From: an uncultured virus (IMG/VR IMGVR_UViG_3300013383_000003)
Taxonomy: Duplodnaviria > Heunggongvirae > Uroviricota > Caudoviricetes > Crassvirales
Reading direction: 5' to 3' (one strand)
IMG/VR virus record: IMGVR_UViG_3300013383_000003
Length of the DNA stretch: 37,962 bases
The notes under the pieces were generated by a model. The model worked only from the letters and a program-made list of their open reading frames with translations. It had not been told where the DNA came from and made no database searches. The number at the start of each line of letters is the position of its first letter. Position 1 is the stretch's first letter. Shown here one piece after another: positions 9,877 to 17,690 of the stretch. The position numbers and the translations under genes are program-made.

Positions 9877-11050
9877 TATTCATTAAATCATTAATATTAA
9901 ATATAGTAGTTATTAAAGAAGGATTATAGTTTTCTGACATCTTCTTTATTAATTCTGCTTCTCTAGTACCTTTAAAATAAGGTATTATTATTACAGGTTT
10001 ATTATGTCTAAGAGTTCTGCCTTGTCTTTGCTTAATAATAACATCAGAACTATTAAGATTATTATATATACCTACTTTACAATCTACTAAATTAGCAGAT
10101 TCATTAAGCATATTACAAGCTGTTATATGATTTATCTGTTTATCATTAAACATATTATAATATTCCATAGAATGCTCTTCTTTACTATTAATACAGTATT
10201 TACCAAGAATCTTAGTTTGCTCTATATTATTACAGAAAGTAATAGTTCTATAGTTATCCAGTAATTTTAAAATCTCTTGTGTATAAGGAATTTTTTGGTC
10301 ACTAAGAAATTTAAGTCTATCACCACAAAGCTTTAACCATTTAAACTTAAATACATCATTTCTTGTTCTCATATATTTCTCTTTAAACCAATCTATCTGT
10401 CTATCAAGTTCTGAGATATACTGAAATGGTGTACATTTAATAACTATCTTTCTATTCTTTATAGCACTTACAGTAAATCTATTGTTATAAAATACTGTAA
10501 CAGGATTTCCTTTCTTAGGATTCTTTACTATTTCCTCTGTATATAAACTATTGTTAAGTTGCAATGGTATTAAGAATACTTTAGGGTCAGGAAGTATAGC
10601 ACTATCTATAGCATTTCTAAGGGTTTTTTTATAAGTATATATATTACTAAAAGTGTTACAAAGAATTTCTTTTGCTTCTTTAGGTAAGGTAGCTGTAAGA
10701 AATATATTATACTTAGATGAATATCCTGTATTTACAATCTCTGCACATCTTTCAGTAAAATGATGTACTTCATCCCATATAATAGCATCATAATTACCTG
10801 CATATTTATGTAGTGACACATAAGTAGTCATAGTTATATTAATGCTATTATTTTTCCACCATTTATCTATTTCCTCTTGCCATACAGTTTTATGTACTAC
10901 TCTATTAACTACTATAAGTAATGTCTTAATATTCAAAGACTTTACTTTCTCTATAGATAACCTTGTCTTACCAAATCCTGTTGGGAGTTCTAAGATAATA
11001 TTATGAGATGGTATCTTCAGTATTTCTTTTAATATTTTTTCTCTTGTCAT
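9857..11050 (-). CDS. Superfamily 2 DExH helicase
   Basis: LPTGFGKT, DEVHH, TAT and QRQGR motifs. Confidence 0.9.
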   Translation of the reverse strand: MTREKILKEILKIPSHNIILELPTGFGKTRLSIEKVKSLNIKTLLIVVNRVVHKTVWQEEIDKWWKNNSINITMTTYVSLHKYAGNYDAIIWDEVHHFTERCAEIVNTGYSSKYNIFLTATLPKEAKEILCNTFSNIYTYKKTLRNAIDSAILPDPKVFLIPLQLNNSLYTEEIVKNPKKGNPVTVFYNNRFTVSAIKNRKIVIKCTPFQYISELDRQIDWFKEKYMRTRNDVFKFKWLKLCGDRLKFLSDQKIPYTQEILKLLDNYRTITFCNNIEQTKILGKYCINSKEEHSMEYYNMFNDKQINHITACNMLNESANLVDCKVGIYNNLNSSDVIIKQRQGRTLRHNKPVIIIPYFKGTREAELIKKMSENYNPSLITTIFNINDLMNSDEFSN

Positions 11051-11531
11051 TGACTATTTTCTTTAAATTCTTAGTATAATTCTTATCTTCTGCATAATTA
11101 ATTCTTTTAAGAAATACATAATAATCTATAGGAGGTTTATGCTTACTTTGTATATTTCTTTTATAGAAATCAACAGAGTGTGACCAATGGTCAAATTTAT
11201 AATAGTCTTTCTTCTTACTGTTATATAAGCCAAAAAGATTATTATATTTAAGGCATACTTTAGACTTAAAATTCCCTGTTTCAAGGATAGCTTGTGCTAA
11301 AACAATGTCTTTATGAGATATATTGTAGTAATGCAGAGCTTCTTCAAGTCCTTCTTTAGGGCTTTTTGATAAAAACTCTGGTTTTACTACAATAGTATCT
11401 CTTTTTAATTCTATCTTTATTATTTCTTTCTTTACTTCTTGCATCTCTATAGTAATATGCAGTAATACTGTCATTATGATTAGTAAAACTACAAAATTAA
11501 TAAGAGATGTAACATCTTTAAATCCTCTCAT
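11001..11531 (-). CDS. Glucosaminidase (GH73-like) peptidoglycan hydrolase with N-terminal membrane anchor
   Basis: VLAQAILETG, NNLFG and YAEDKNY motifs; hydrophobic stretch at about residues 10-28. Confidence 0.8.
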   Translation of the reverse strand: MRGFKDVTSLINFVVLLIIMTVLLHITIEMQEVKKEIIKIELKRDTIVVKPEFLSKSPKEGLEEALHYYNISHKDIVLAQAILETGNFKSKVCLKYNNLFGLYNSKKKDYYKFDHWSHSVDFYKRNIQSKHKPPIDYYVFLKRINYAEDKNYTKNLKKIVNDKRKNIKRNTEDTIS

Positions 11532-11830
11532 TTTTTAAATTTACAACGTATGTAGCCATAATGCTCTTCATCTGTAGATTCTTTTGGGTTTCTATAGAGT
11601 GAGAGATATAAATACCAAAATATCATTGCCTCTATAATATTTACTATAGGTATCATACTAGTACCTATAATAAGACCTATAGTAATTTTATCTACTATTA
11701 GAGGTGTTTTAATACACTCTTTCTTAGAGATAATTACTGATTCTGTATGTTTTAGTATCAATAATTGCAGTATAGCAGATAATATACCTATAGGTATGAG
11801 TAACATAGTAACAAATAAAAATTCTATCAT
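11528..11830 (-). CDS. Small membrane protein (2 predicted TM segments)
   Basis: Two hydrophobic stretches; ATGA overlaps at both ends. Confidence 0.65.
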   Translation of the reverse strand: MIEFLFVTMLLIPIGILSAILQLLILKHTESVIISKKECIKTPLIVDKITIGLIIGTSMIPIVNIIEAMIFWYLYLSLYRNPKESTDEEHYGYIRCKFKK

Positions 11831-12033
11831 AGTGTTATAAGATGAATATAATTTCTCTTAACTATCATAGTTTCTTCTTGGTTATCCCATTTTCTCTTGT
11901 TATACCATAGTATTATTTTATACCTATTGTTACTTAATACAACATCTATAGTAGGTCTATAATAAATCAATAGAGCTACTATAATTATAATATTCAGTAG
12001 TAACAGCTTAATAATCATAGCATTTTTAACCAA
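11827..12033 (-). CDS. Small single-TM protein
   Basis: Hydrophobic N-terminus; overlaps its neighbours. True start may be the later ATG. Confidence 0.6.
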   Translation of the reverse strand: MVKNAMIIKLLLLNIIIIVALLIYYRPTIDVVLSNNRYKIILWYNKRKWDNQEETMIVKRNYIHLITL

Positions 12034-12365
12034 TTAAAATGTTTTCTATTCTCTATATAAGAGTAATTATCTTCATACATATAAGCTTCTTTCTCAAAGG
12101 ATAAACTATAGTATACTCTATCAGAATATCTTCTACCTGTAGTATTAGTTATAAAACAGGGGAATAAGAATCTTACAATATACTCTAAAGCATATAATAC
12201 TAAGAATCCTATAATAAGAAGTTCTTTATATTGTTCCCAATGTATAGCCTCATGATTAAGGTCTTTCTTACTAAGTTTAGTACCTTTCTTTACAAAGATA
12301 AAAGGCCCTATAGTAAGAGCTTTAAATCCTTTAGGAGGTAATATATTATTCTCTATTATTTTCAT
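12015..12365 (-). CDS. Small HExxH zinc-metallopeptidase-like protein
   Basis: LNHEAIHWEQ plus downstream SFEKEAY. Confidence 0.65.
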   Translation of the reverse strand: MKIIENNILPPKGFKALTIGPFIFVKKGTKLSKKDLNHEAIHWEQYKELLIIGFLVLYALEYIVRFLFPCFITNTTGRRYSDRVYYSLSFEKEAYMYEDNYSYIENRKHFNWLKML

Positions 12366-12368
12366 CTA

Positions 12369-12695
12369 TCAAAAATATTTAGGTTTATAACTACAACATC
12401 TATAATCTTCATTTGTTGGATAATTATATTTTGTACAATAATAATTATGTCCAGATAATGCATATTCACAATTACTACAAGTTTTAAGAGCTTCTTTTAC
12501 TATGGTTTCTATAGTAGCATTATATTCTATAGCATCTAGTTCATATATATCTTTAAATGTTAATGCCTTAATAGTACCATATGGTAAATTTATCATTTTA
12601 CCAGACGCTTTCCAATTACCATTTTCATCTTTTATTGGTTTATTTTCATAAGCATACTCATCGTGAGTATAATCATCAATTGCTAAATATATCAT
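12369..12695 (-). CDS. Hypothetical protein with C-terminal cysteine cluster
   Basis: CSNCEY...C...CC; in operon. Confidence 0.65.
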   Translation of the reverse strand: MIYLAIDDYTHDEYAYENKPIKDENGNWKASGKMINLPYGTIKALTFKDIYELDAIEYNATIETIVKEALKTCSNCEYALSGHNYYCTKYNYPTNEDYRCCSYKPKYF

Positions 12696-12707
12696 TTATA
12701 TTCTATT

Positions 12708-12905
12708 TTATAATCCTAGACCATCTAAATACTCTACCATACTATCAGGATTTATATAGTTTATAAGACTGGTAGCAAGTTTTTCTTTTTCATCCTGTGA
12801 TAAACCATTTATATAATCATCTACTATATTCTTTTGCTGCTTATCAGTAAAGCTATTCCATACTTTATTTATATCAGCTTCTACTTGTAAATATATTTTG
12901 CTCAT
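12708..12905 (-). CDS. Hypothetical protein (65 aa)
   Basis: ATGA overlap with the upstream gene. Confidence 0.65.
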   Translation of the reverse strand: MSKIYLQVEADINKVWNSFTDKQQKNIVDDYINGLSQDEKEKLATSLINYINPDSMVEYLDGLGL

Positions 12906-13144
12906 AGATTTTTCTCTTGTTTTAATTTTTTATTTTTCTCTTCTAAATATCTTTTTCTCTCTAAAGTTTTCTCTAGTGCAAACTCTTCATAATCAGTGGC
13001 ATCTTGCAATGTATTAATTAATGAGCCATCTCCATAAATATTAGTGTACCAAGTACATAAATATTCTATAGCTTGTCTATGCTCCTCAGGAGAACAATCT
13101 TCTAATTCCTGAGACCAATTAAATAATCTTTCTGAATCTAACAT
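12902..13144 (-). CDS. Hypothetical protein (80 aa)
   Basis: ORF in a tightly packed operon. Confidence 0.65.
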   Translation of the reverse strand: MLDSERLFNWSQELEDCSPEEHRQAIEYLCTWYTNIYGDGSLINTLQDATDYEEFALEKTLERKRYLEEKNKKLKQEKNL

Positions 13145-13154
13145 ATTATTTTAT

Positions 13155-13715
13155 TTATAAAAAATCTGACCAAATAGTTAAGTTATATGTATCTTCTAAT
13201 TGTTTAAAGCCTTCAAACATTCCTCTATAAGCTTTATTCCACCAATATTTAGGTGAAGGAAACCAATGTTTTTTTCTAAATTTCCAAAAGCATTCTATAC
13301 AAGTAGTATAAGGAATGTTATTATATACTTCAGTCCATTCTTTTTTACTGCTTATTATTTGAATGTAAAAATTCTTTTTAAGCTCATCAGTATTAAAATC
13401 AGTAATAAATTTTTTACACATAGCTTCTCTATAAGCTTTTGTAGCAATATAAGTATCTTCATGTATTATCCTTACATAGAATCCTACAGATAGCATATGT
13501 TTTATACACTCTATTATATCATTTCTTTTAAACATAACTATACCATGAGCAAATCTCCAGCATTTATTTATATTATCCCATCTTACTCTAATATCTAATA
13601 TATCAGCTTGTTGCTCTATAAAAGGTTTAGTTTGAGTTTGATATACCCACCTAAAGAGCCTAAATATAGAATACTTAGGCTTTAGATAGGTCATTGTATC
13701 ATGAGAAGCTATCAT
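13155..13715 (-). CDS. PI-PLC-like phosphodiesterase (short X-box-like domain)
   Basis: IASHDT, QTQT..FIEQ, LDIRVR and FAHG match the two-histidine pattern of the PI-PLC superfamily. Confidence 0.6.
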   Translation of the reverse strand: MIASHDTMTYLKPKYSIFRLFRWVYQTQTKPFIEQQADILDIRVRWDNINKCWRFAHGIVMFKRNDIIECIKHMLSVGFYVRIIHEDTYIATKAYREAMCKKFITDFNTDELKKNFYIQIISSKKEWTEVYNNIPYTTCIECFWKFRKKHWFPSPKYWWNKAYRGMFEGFKQLEDTYNLTIWSDFL

Positions 13716-13718
13716 GCT

Positions 13719-14108
13719 CTATGGTACTAATTTATTTATAGTATAATTTAAATTATCTCTAGCACTTCCATACTTCTTAATTAATTTTGACATTTGCTCA
13801 TGATAATCTGCCAGATTGGAAGCTTGTTTTTTAGTAAATTCTTTATTAATTCTCTGCTTCATTTCCCCATTAAGATTAATAAGAGCTCTATTATAAGCTA
13901 TTTTAGCTCCTATAGTTTCATTAAAAGTGTCTTTAGGGTCACAGAATGCTTGGCCTATAGTAGTTATTATTTCGTCTTTGGCCATAAAGTTATTATATAT
14001 AGATACTATTGCTTGTATAATACAAGTAGTAATAATAACTCCATTCTTTTCTTTTATATTATAGGAGACTTTTTTCTCTTTTACAGTGAGTTCTTTATAT
14101 GGCATCAT
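13719..14108 (-). CDS. Small phage protein with G-x-A-x-C-x-P-x-D-x-F-N-x3-G-x2-IA-x2-RA motif
   Basis: GQAFCDPKDTFNETIGAKIAYNRA, a motif recurrent in small phage proteins. Confidence 0.6.
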   Translation of the reverse strand: MMPYKELTVKEKKVSYNIKEKNGVIITTCIIQAIVSIYNNFMAKDEIITTIGQAFCDPKDTFNETIGAKIAYNRALINLNGEMKQRINKEFTKKQASNLADYHEQMSKLIKKYGSARDNLNYTINKLVP

Positions 14109-14338
14109 TGTTCTATATTATTTAAAGTGTTAATAATTTGTTGAAGTTTAAGTATTTCTTTTCTCATTTCTATAGCATTATTCACTATTTGTTTTTTAAA
14201 GCATTGAATACTAGCTATAGAATCTTCTGCTTGTTGTAAGGTTTTAAAAGCTCTTACTCTCATGTCATACTTAGGTGTTTTCACCTGTTTTTTGTTAAAG
14301 TCTTTACTTGAATAGACTACTAAAGTGTAATACTGCAT
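14105..14338 (-). CDS. Hypothetical protein (77 aa)
   Basis: ATG ORF overlapping the next gene. Confidence 0.6.
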   Translation of the reverse strand: MQYYTLVVYSSKDFNKKQVKTPKYDMRVRAFKTLQQAEDSIASIQCFKKQIVNNAIEMRKEILKLQQIINTLNNIEQ

Positions 14339-14366
14339 CTTGTTATAGTTTTAAAGATTAATAATT

Positions 14367-14400
14367 AAGTAAAGTAGAGCAGTATAAAAACTGCCCTACT
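14367..14400 (-). terminator. Probable terminator hairpin
   Basis: AGTAGGGCAGT-TTTTAT-ACTGCTCTACT followed by TTACTT. Confidence 0.45.
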
Positions 14401-14537
14401 ATAATGTATATGAAAAACAAAAGATTTGTCTAAATAAAAAGAGGTGTATCACTACAGCTCTTTTGTAATCAATAAATTAAAGTCAAAGTGTCATACCATC
14501 ACTATAGTATGAAAAACATCAAAAATCAAGAAATATA

Positions 14538-14834
14538 TTAATTCAAACCTAAAAGTCTTTTTATTTTAGACCAAATGTTACTCTCCATTCTTTGTACAGT
14601 AGTCCTACTGTTGCTTATCTTTCTATTCTTTAAATATTCTTTGTCTGCTATAGTAAGGAAAGTAACTCCTACTTCTGGTTTATCCTTTATTTTAGCCCAA
14701 CGATTAGCACAGGCAATTGGAGTTCTATTAATAACTTTTGAGGCTTCTACATAAGCATTTGCCATTTTAAATGGAGAGGCTTTAATACATTTTATAAGTA
14801 TATCCTCTTCTTCTACTGTCCACTTTTTATTCAT
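14538..14834 (-). CDS. Myb/SANT-like helix-turn-helix protein
   Basis: KKWTVEEEDIL...INRTPIACANRW pattern. Confidence 0.65.
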   Translation of the reverse strand: MNKKWTVEEEDILIKCIKASPFKMANAYVEASKVINRTPIACANRWAKIKDKPEVGVTFLTIADKEYLKNRKISNSRTTVQRMESNIWSKIKRLLGLN

Positions 14835-14860
14835 GGTTTTAACTATTTATTAAATTATTT

Positions 14861-15487
14861 TTATATAGATGTTATTTCAACATTCTTTCCTATAATGCCT
14901 CCATATATAGCCATAGCAATATAAGTACCAAAATAATAGCTTAAATGTTTTGCTATCTCTTTAGTGGCACAATCAAACAGTACAAAAGAATTACCTATAT
15001 TATGTAAATCTCTTGCTTTAGAAGAGGTAGCACTATTACCATATATTTCATAATGGCAATCATTTATTGACATATTACCTATAATAGAATAATATTTAGA
15101 ATAAAAATCTTGCCTATCTTTACTTGCTGCTTTTATATTAGGTCCAACTTTTATTACAAATATTAAAGGTATGAATATTAAATCTGTAGAAGTATTATCA
15201 CTATCTTCAATTTTTATAAATTTGTGTAAAGCTTTTCTTACTAGATTAAGTACAAACATTGCTGCTGTTGCTTTGCTTATTGTATTTATATTATAATAAA
15301 TAGTGAATATCTTAGGAATATCTAGATTTAAAACTTTACAAGCATCTTCAAAGGTTTTTATTTTTCTAAATGGTTGTAACTCTTCTATAGTGTAAGCTTG
15401 TAAAGCTAACTCCTTTAAAGATTCATTACTCCCATTATACCACTCTCTTGCTTTCTCTAAATTTAATTCTAATGTTTTTGTTTTCAT
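14861..15487 (-). CDS. Hypothetical protein; start reassigned to MKTKTLEL
   Basis: The track's extension to 15556 runs through a TA repeat; N-terminus LEKAREWY...IKTFEDACKVL resembles Bacteroidota phage proteins. Confidence 0.65.
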   Translation of the reverse strand: MKTKTLELNLEKAREWYNGSNESLKELALQAYTIEELQPFRKIKTFEDACKVLNLDIPKIFTIYYNINTISKATAAMFVLNLVRKALHKFIKIEDSDNTSTDLIFIPLIFVIKVGPNIKAASKDRQDFYSKYYSIIGNMSINDCHYEIYGNSATSSKARDLHNIGNSFVLFDCATKEIAKHLSYYFGTYIAMAIYGGIIGKNVEITSI

Positions 15488-15488
15488 G

Positions 15489-15505
15489 TATATATATATA
15501 TATAT
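15489..15505. repeat. (TA)8 microsatellite
   Basis: Read directly; ends 1 nt from the ATG at 15487. Confidence 0.9.
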
Positions 15506-15579
15506 TAATTGGTTTTTAATTAAATAGTATGCTCTAAACCAGTGGAAAACTTGCATACTGATAGTTTTTTACTAACCAT

Positions 15580-15783
15580 TTAACCAAACCTATTGAAACC
15601 TCTAAAGGTTAATAGTCTTACTATATCTCTCTTTGTAAGAGTATATCTACAAATGAATAGCAAAGTTACTACTATTCCTGTACATAATAAGAATAGTAGT
15701 GCACTTTTTGCTATTAAAAAATCCAAACTACATATTAATACTATAGTAAGGAATATTGTTGTATGTAAAAGGAAGAACTTCAT
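15580..15783 (-). CDS. Small 2-TM membrane protein
   Basis: Two hydrophobic segments and a basic tail; A-rich leader. Confidence 0.55.
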   Translation of the reverse strand: MKFFLLHTTIFLTIVLICSLDFLIAKSALLFLLCTGIVVTLLFICRYTLTKRDIVRLLTFRGFNRFG

Positions 15784-15839
15784 TCTTTAAATGTTTTTGT
15801 GGGTTAATAAAATTGTTTTGTTGATTTGTAATTAAAGTT

Positions 15840-16121
15840 TTATCTTATAGTTAATATATCTTTTTGATATTCAAGCTTTCCTATCACTGTGTAGCATTCT
15901 ACTTCTCCTAAGATTGGGTCAAAAGAGTCTGTAGTATACCAGCTTTTTGTAGCTTTGATTATTTTGGCATCAGTAGTGAGAAGATATACTATATATTCTC
16001 CATTATAATTATCATTATAAGAGGCAGCTATAATGTCTAATATTTTAGCTCTTATAGGTTTTTCTTGATTAGAATAATATACTTCTGTAAACTTTCCTAT
16101 TTGTAAGGGTGTGGTTTCCAT
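15840..16121 (-). CDS. Hypothetical protein; start reassigned to METTPLQ
   Basis: ATG at 16121 follows an A-rich leader; the track start at 16178 lies within a hairpin. Confidence 0.6.
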   Translation of the reverse strand: METTPLQIGKFTEVYYSNQEKPIRAKILDIIAASYNDNYNGEYIVYLLTTDAKIIKATKSWYTTDSFDPILGEVECYTVIGKLEYQKDILTIR

Positions 16122-16230
16122 TTTTTCTTGTTGTTTTATGGTTATTATTTTGTATTTTTTGTTGAGTATTTTAAGCACCTACTCCTTTATTTAAGGAGCA
16201 GGCACTTTTTAATGTGGGAATTTAAAGGAA

Positions 16231-16426
16231 TTATCCTTGGTTATTCAAGAATTTTTGGGATAATAAGTCTTGTAAGTTAGTGAGGGTGTGGTAGTTAGCT
16301 AAAAATTTCATCTTATACCACTCTACATGTTTATTAATTCTATCTGCTAATTCTTCTATAACTAATTGTTTAATTTTATACTTTAGTTGCTAAGGCTTTT
16401 AAATCTTCTAAATCTTCTTGTTTCAT
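16231..16426 (-). pseudogene. Small gene apparently broken by one extra A (or a sequencing error)
   Basis: MKQEDLEDLKALATKV* continues as YKIKQLVIEELADRINKHVEWYKMKF...NNQG* if one A of ACTAAAGTAT is removed. Confidence 0.4.
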
Positions 16427-16483
16427 GGTGTTTATTTCTTTGTGGTTATATATTTATTAAATGGTATCTCCTTATTACTTTAT

Positions 16484-16609
16484 TTAGCTATTATCCTTCT
16501 TAATATAATTAACCAATAAGCAAAGAATTAAGTAACATATTAGCATTAATATTCCACCAAATATACTTTTCATTAAGTAATAGAATGCTTGTATTAAGAA
16601 GTCTGTCAT
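16484..16609 (-). CDS. 41-aa hydrophobic peptide
   Basis: MTDFLIQAFYYLMKSIFGGILMLICYLILCLLVNYIKKDNS; AACCATG start context like neighbouring genes. Confidence 0.5.
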   Translation of the reverse strand: MTDFLIQAFYYLMKSIFGGILMLICYLILCLLVNYIKKDNS

Positions 16610-16622
16610 GGTTAATTTGTTT

Positions 16623-16661
16623 AAAAAAAAGCTTAAGGCTGTGTTTTTCACAGCCCTAAGC
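16623..16661 (-). terminator. Intrinsic terminator
   Basis: GCTTAGGGCTGTG-AAAAA-CACAGCCTTAAGC followed by T8, 8 nt after the stop codon. Confidence 0.85.
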
Positions 16662-16669
16662 CTTAGTAG

Positions 16670-16993
16670 TTAGAAGTGGAGGTTTACAGTCTGCCAAGCA
16701 TCTGCACCTTGCTTACAGAGTTTGAATTTGCCATTATCAAGCTCAACAACTTGCAAAGAATCTTGTTGCATAGCAATTTGTTTTGCTGAGAGTTCACCAA
16801 GGTTACTGCTGAAGTTAACAAGGGTAATTGGTTTGCCAGGTGCTGTAAAGGCACAGGAAGTAAAGGCTTCGCCAGTTTCTTTGTTAACAAATGGAGCAAC
16901 CTTCATTGTTCCATGTGATTTAGCAAAGTCTACTAATGTCCAAGACTGCTTAATACCAACTAAATTACCGTTGTTTTGTGTAAATTTAGCCAC
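16670..16993 (-). CDS. Hypothetical early protein (107 aa from GTG, MAKFTQNN...)
   Basis: GTG at 16993 aligns with ATG in the duplicated leader copy; the 20-codon extension to 17053 is not kept in frame in the other copy. Confidence 0.7.
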   Translation of the reverse strand: MAKFTQNNGNLVGIKQSWTLVDFAKSHGTMKVAPFVNKETGEAFTSCAFTAPGKPITLVNFSSNLGELSAKQIAMQQDSLQVVELDNGKFKLCKQGADAWQTVNLHF

Positions 16994-17138
16994 GATGTTT
17001 AAGCCCATTTCAGAGCCTGCTGTATAACTAAAGTGTATACTACCTAACTGCATTACTACTAATTTTAGCTTTCTGAGGGCAGTTAATTCTCAGTTAGCTT
17101 TTATCTATCAAGATATAAGAATAGTGTTGTTTAGATTA
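16981..17138 (-). repeat. 158-bp direct repeat, copy A (leader of gene 16670..16993)
   Basis: Aligns end to end with 17177..17334, with scattered substitutions and small indels. Confidence 0.95.
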
Positions 17139-17145
17139 TTTATTT

Positions 17146-17174
17146 AAAAAAGAGTAGTATTATACTACTCTTTT
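17146..17174 (-). terminator. Intrinsic terminator between the repeat copies
   Basis: AAAAGAGTAGTA-TAA-TACTACTCTTTT then TT. Confidence 0.75.
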
Positions 17175-17176
17175 GT

Positions 17177-17334
17177 TAAATTTAGCCATGACGTTTAAGC
17201 CCATTTCAGAGCTTTGCTATATAACTAAAGTGTATACTGCCTAACTGCGTTACTATTATCAGCTTTTCTGAGGGCAGTTAATCCTCAGTTAGCTTTTTAT
17301 CTATCAAAATATAAGAGGAGTGTTGTTTAGATTA
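17177..17334 (-). repeat. 158-bp direct repeat, copy B (followed by a 9-aa mini-ORF and a terminator)
   Basis: See copy A; period 196 bp. Confidence 0.95.
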
Positions 17335-17441
17335 AAAGATTATCAATGAAAAGCACTTTACTTCATTAAAGTACTGCACTAAAAAGCTATATAATAAGTA
17401 TGCTTGTAGAATAGTAGTTACTAAAAATAATAGTACAGAGA

Positions 17442-17690
17442 TTACTCTGCACTACTATTTAATAGTTTGTCAAGCTCATCCTTACAGTCATAATAGTCAC
17501 TATCAAAGGAATCTACCCAATTATATTCTTCATTAAGAGTGTCTAAGAGAGTTTCAGTAGCTTTGTAGTAATTGCTGTAAGAGTTTATTAACTTTTCATC
17601 ACTAACTACAGTATTTTGACATACTGTAAAGCCTGTGATTATACCTACTATAGCAGATATAATACATGAAAGTAATAACTTTTTCATCAT
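17442..17690 (-). CDS. Hypothetical protein with signal-peptide or anchor-like N-terminus
   Basis: MKK followed by a hydrophobic stretch and an acidic C-terminal part. Confidence 0.7.
   Translation of the reverse strand: MMKKLLLSCIISAIVGIITGFTVCQNTVVSDEKLINSYSNYYKATETLLDTLNEEYNWVDSFDSDYYDCKDELDKLLNSSAE

Noticed and set aside
41..15790. Plus-strand track ORFs in the left half (e.g. 41..250, 3184..3525, 8515..8892, 13794..14144)
   Set aside because: They are antisense shadows of well-supported minus-strand genes and have no recognisable motifs.
16981..17334. CRISPR array, classical ToxI array or hammerhead ribozyme
   Set aside because: Only two 158-bp units with no spacer pattern; units are far longer than ToxI repeats; CTGAGGA occurs in one copy only and no GAAA follows the candidate stem II.
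17335..17445. Stop-free hydrophobic frame on the minus strand
   Set aside because: No start codon at its 5' end; such frames are expected by chance in T-rich sequence.
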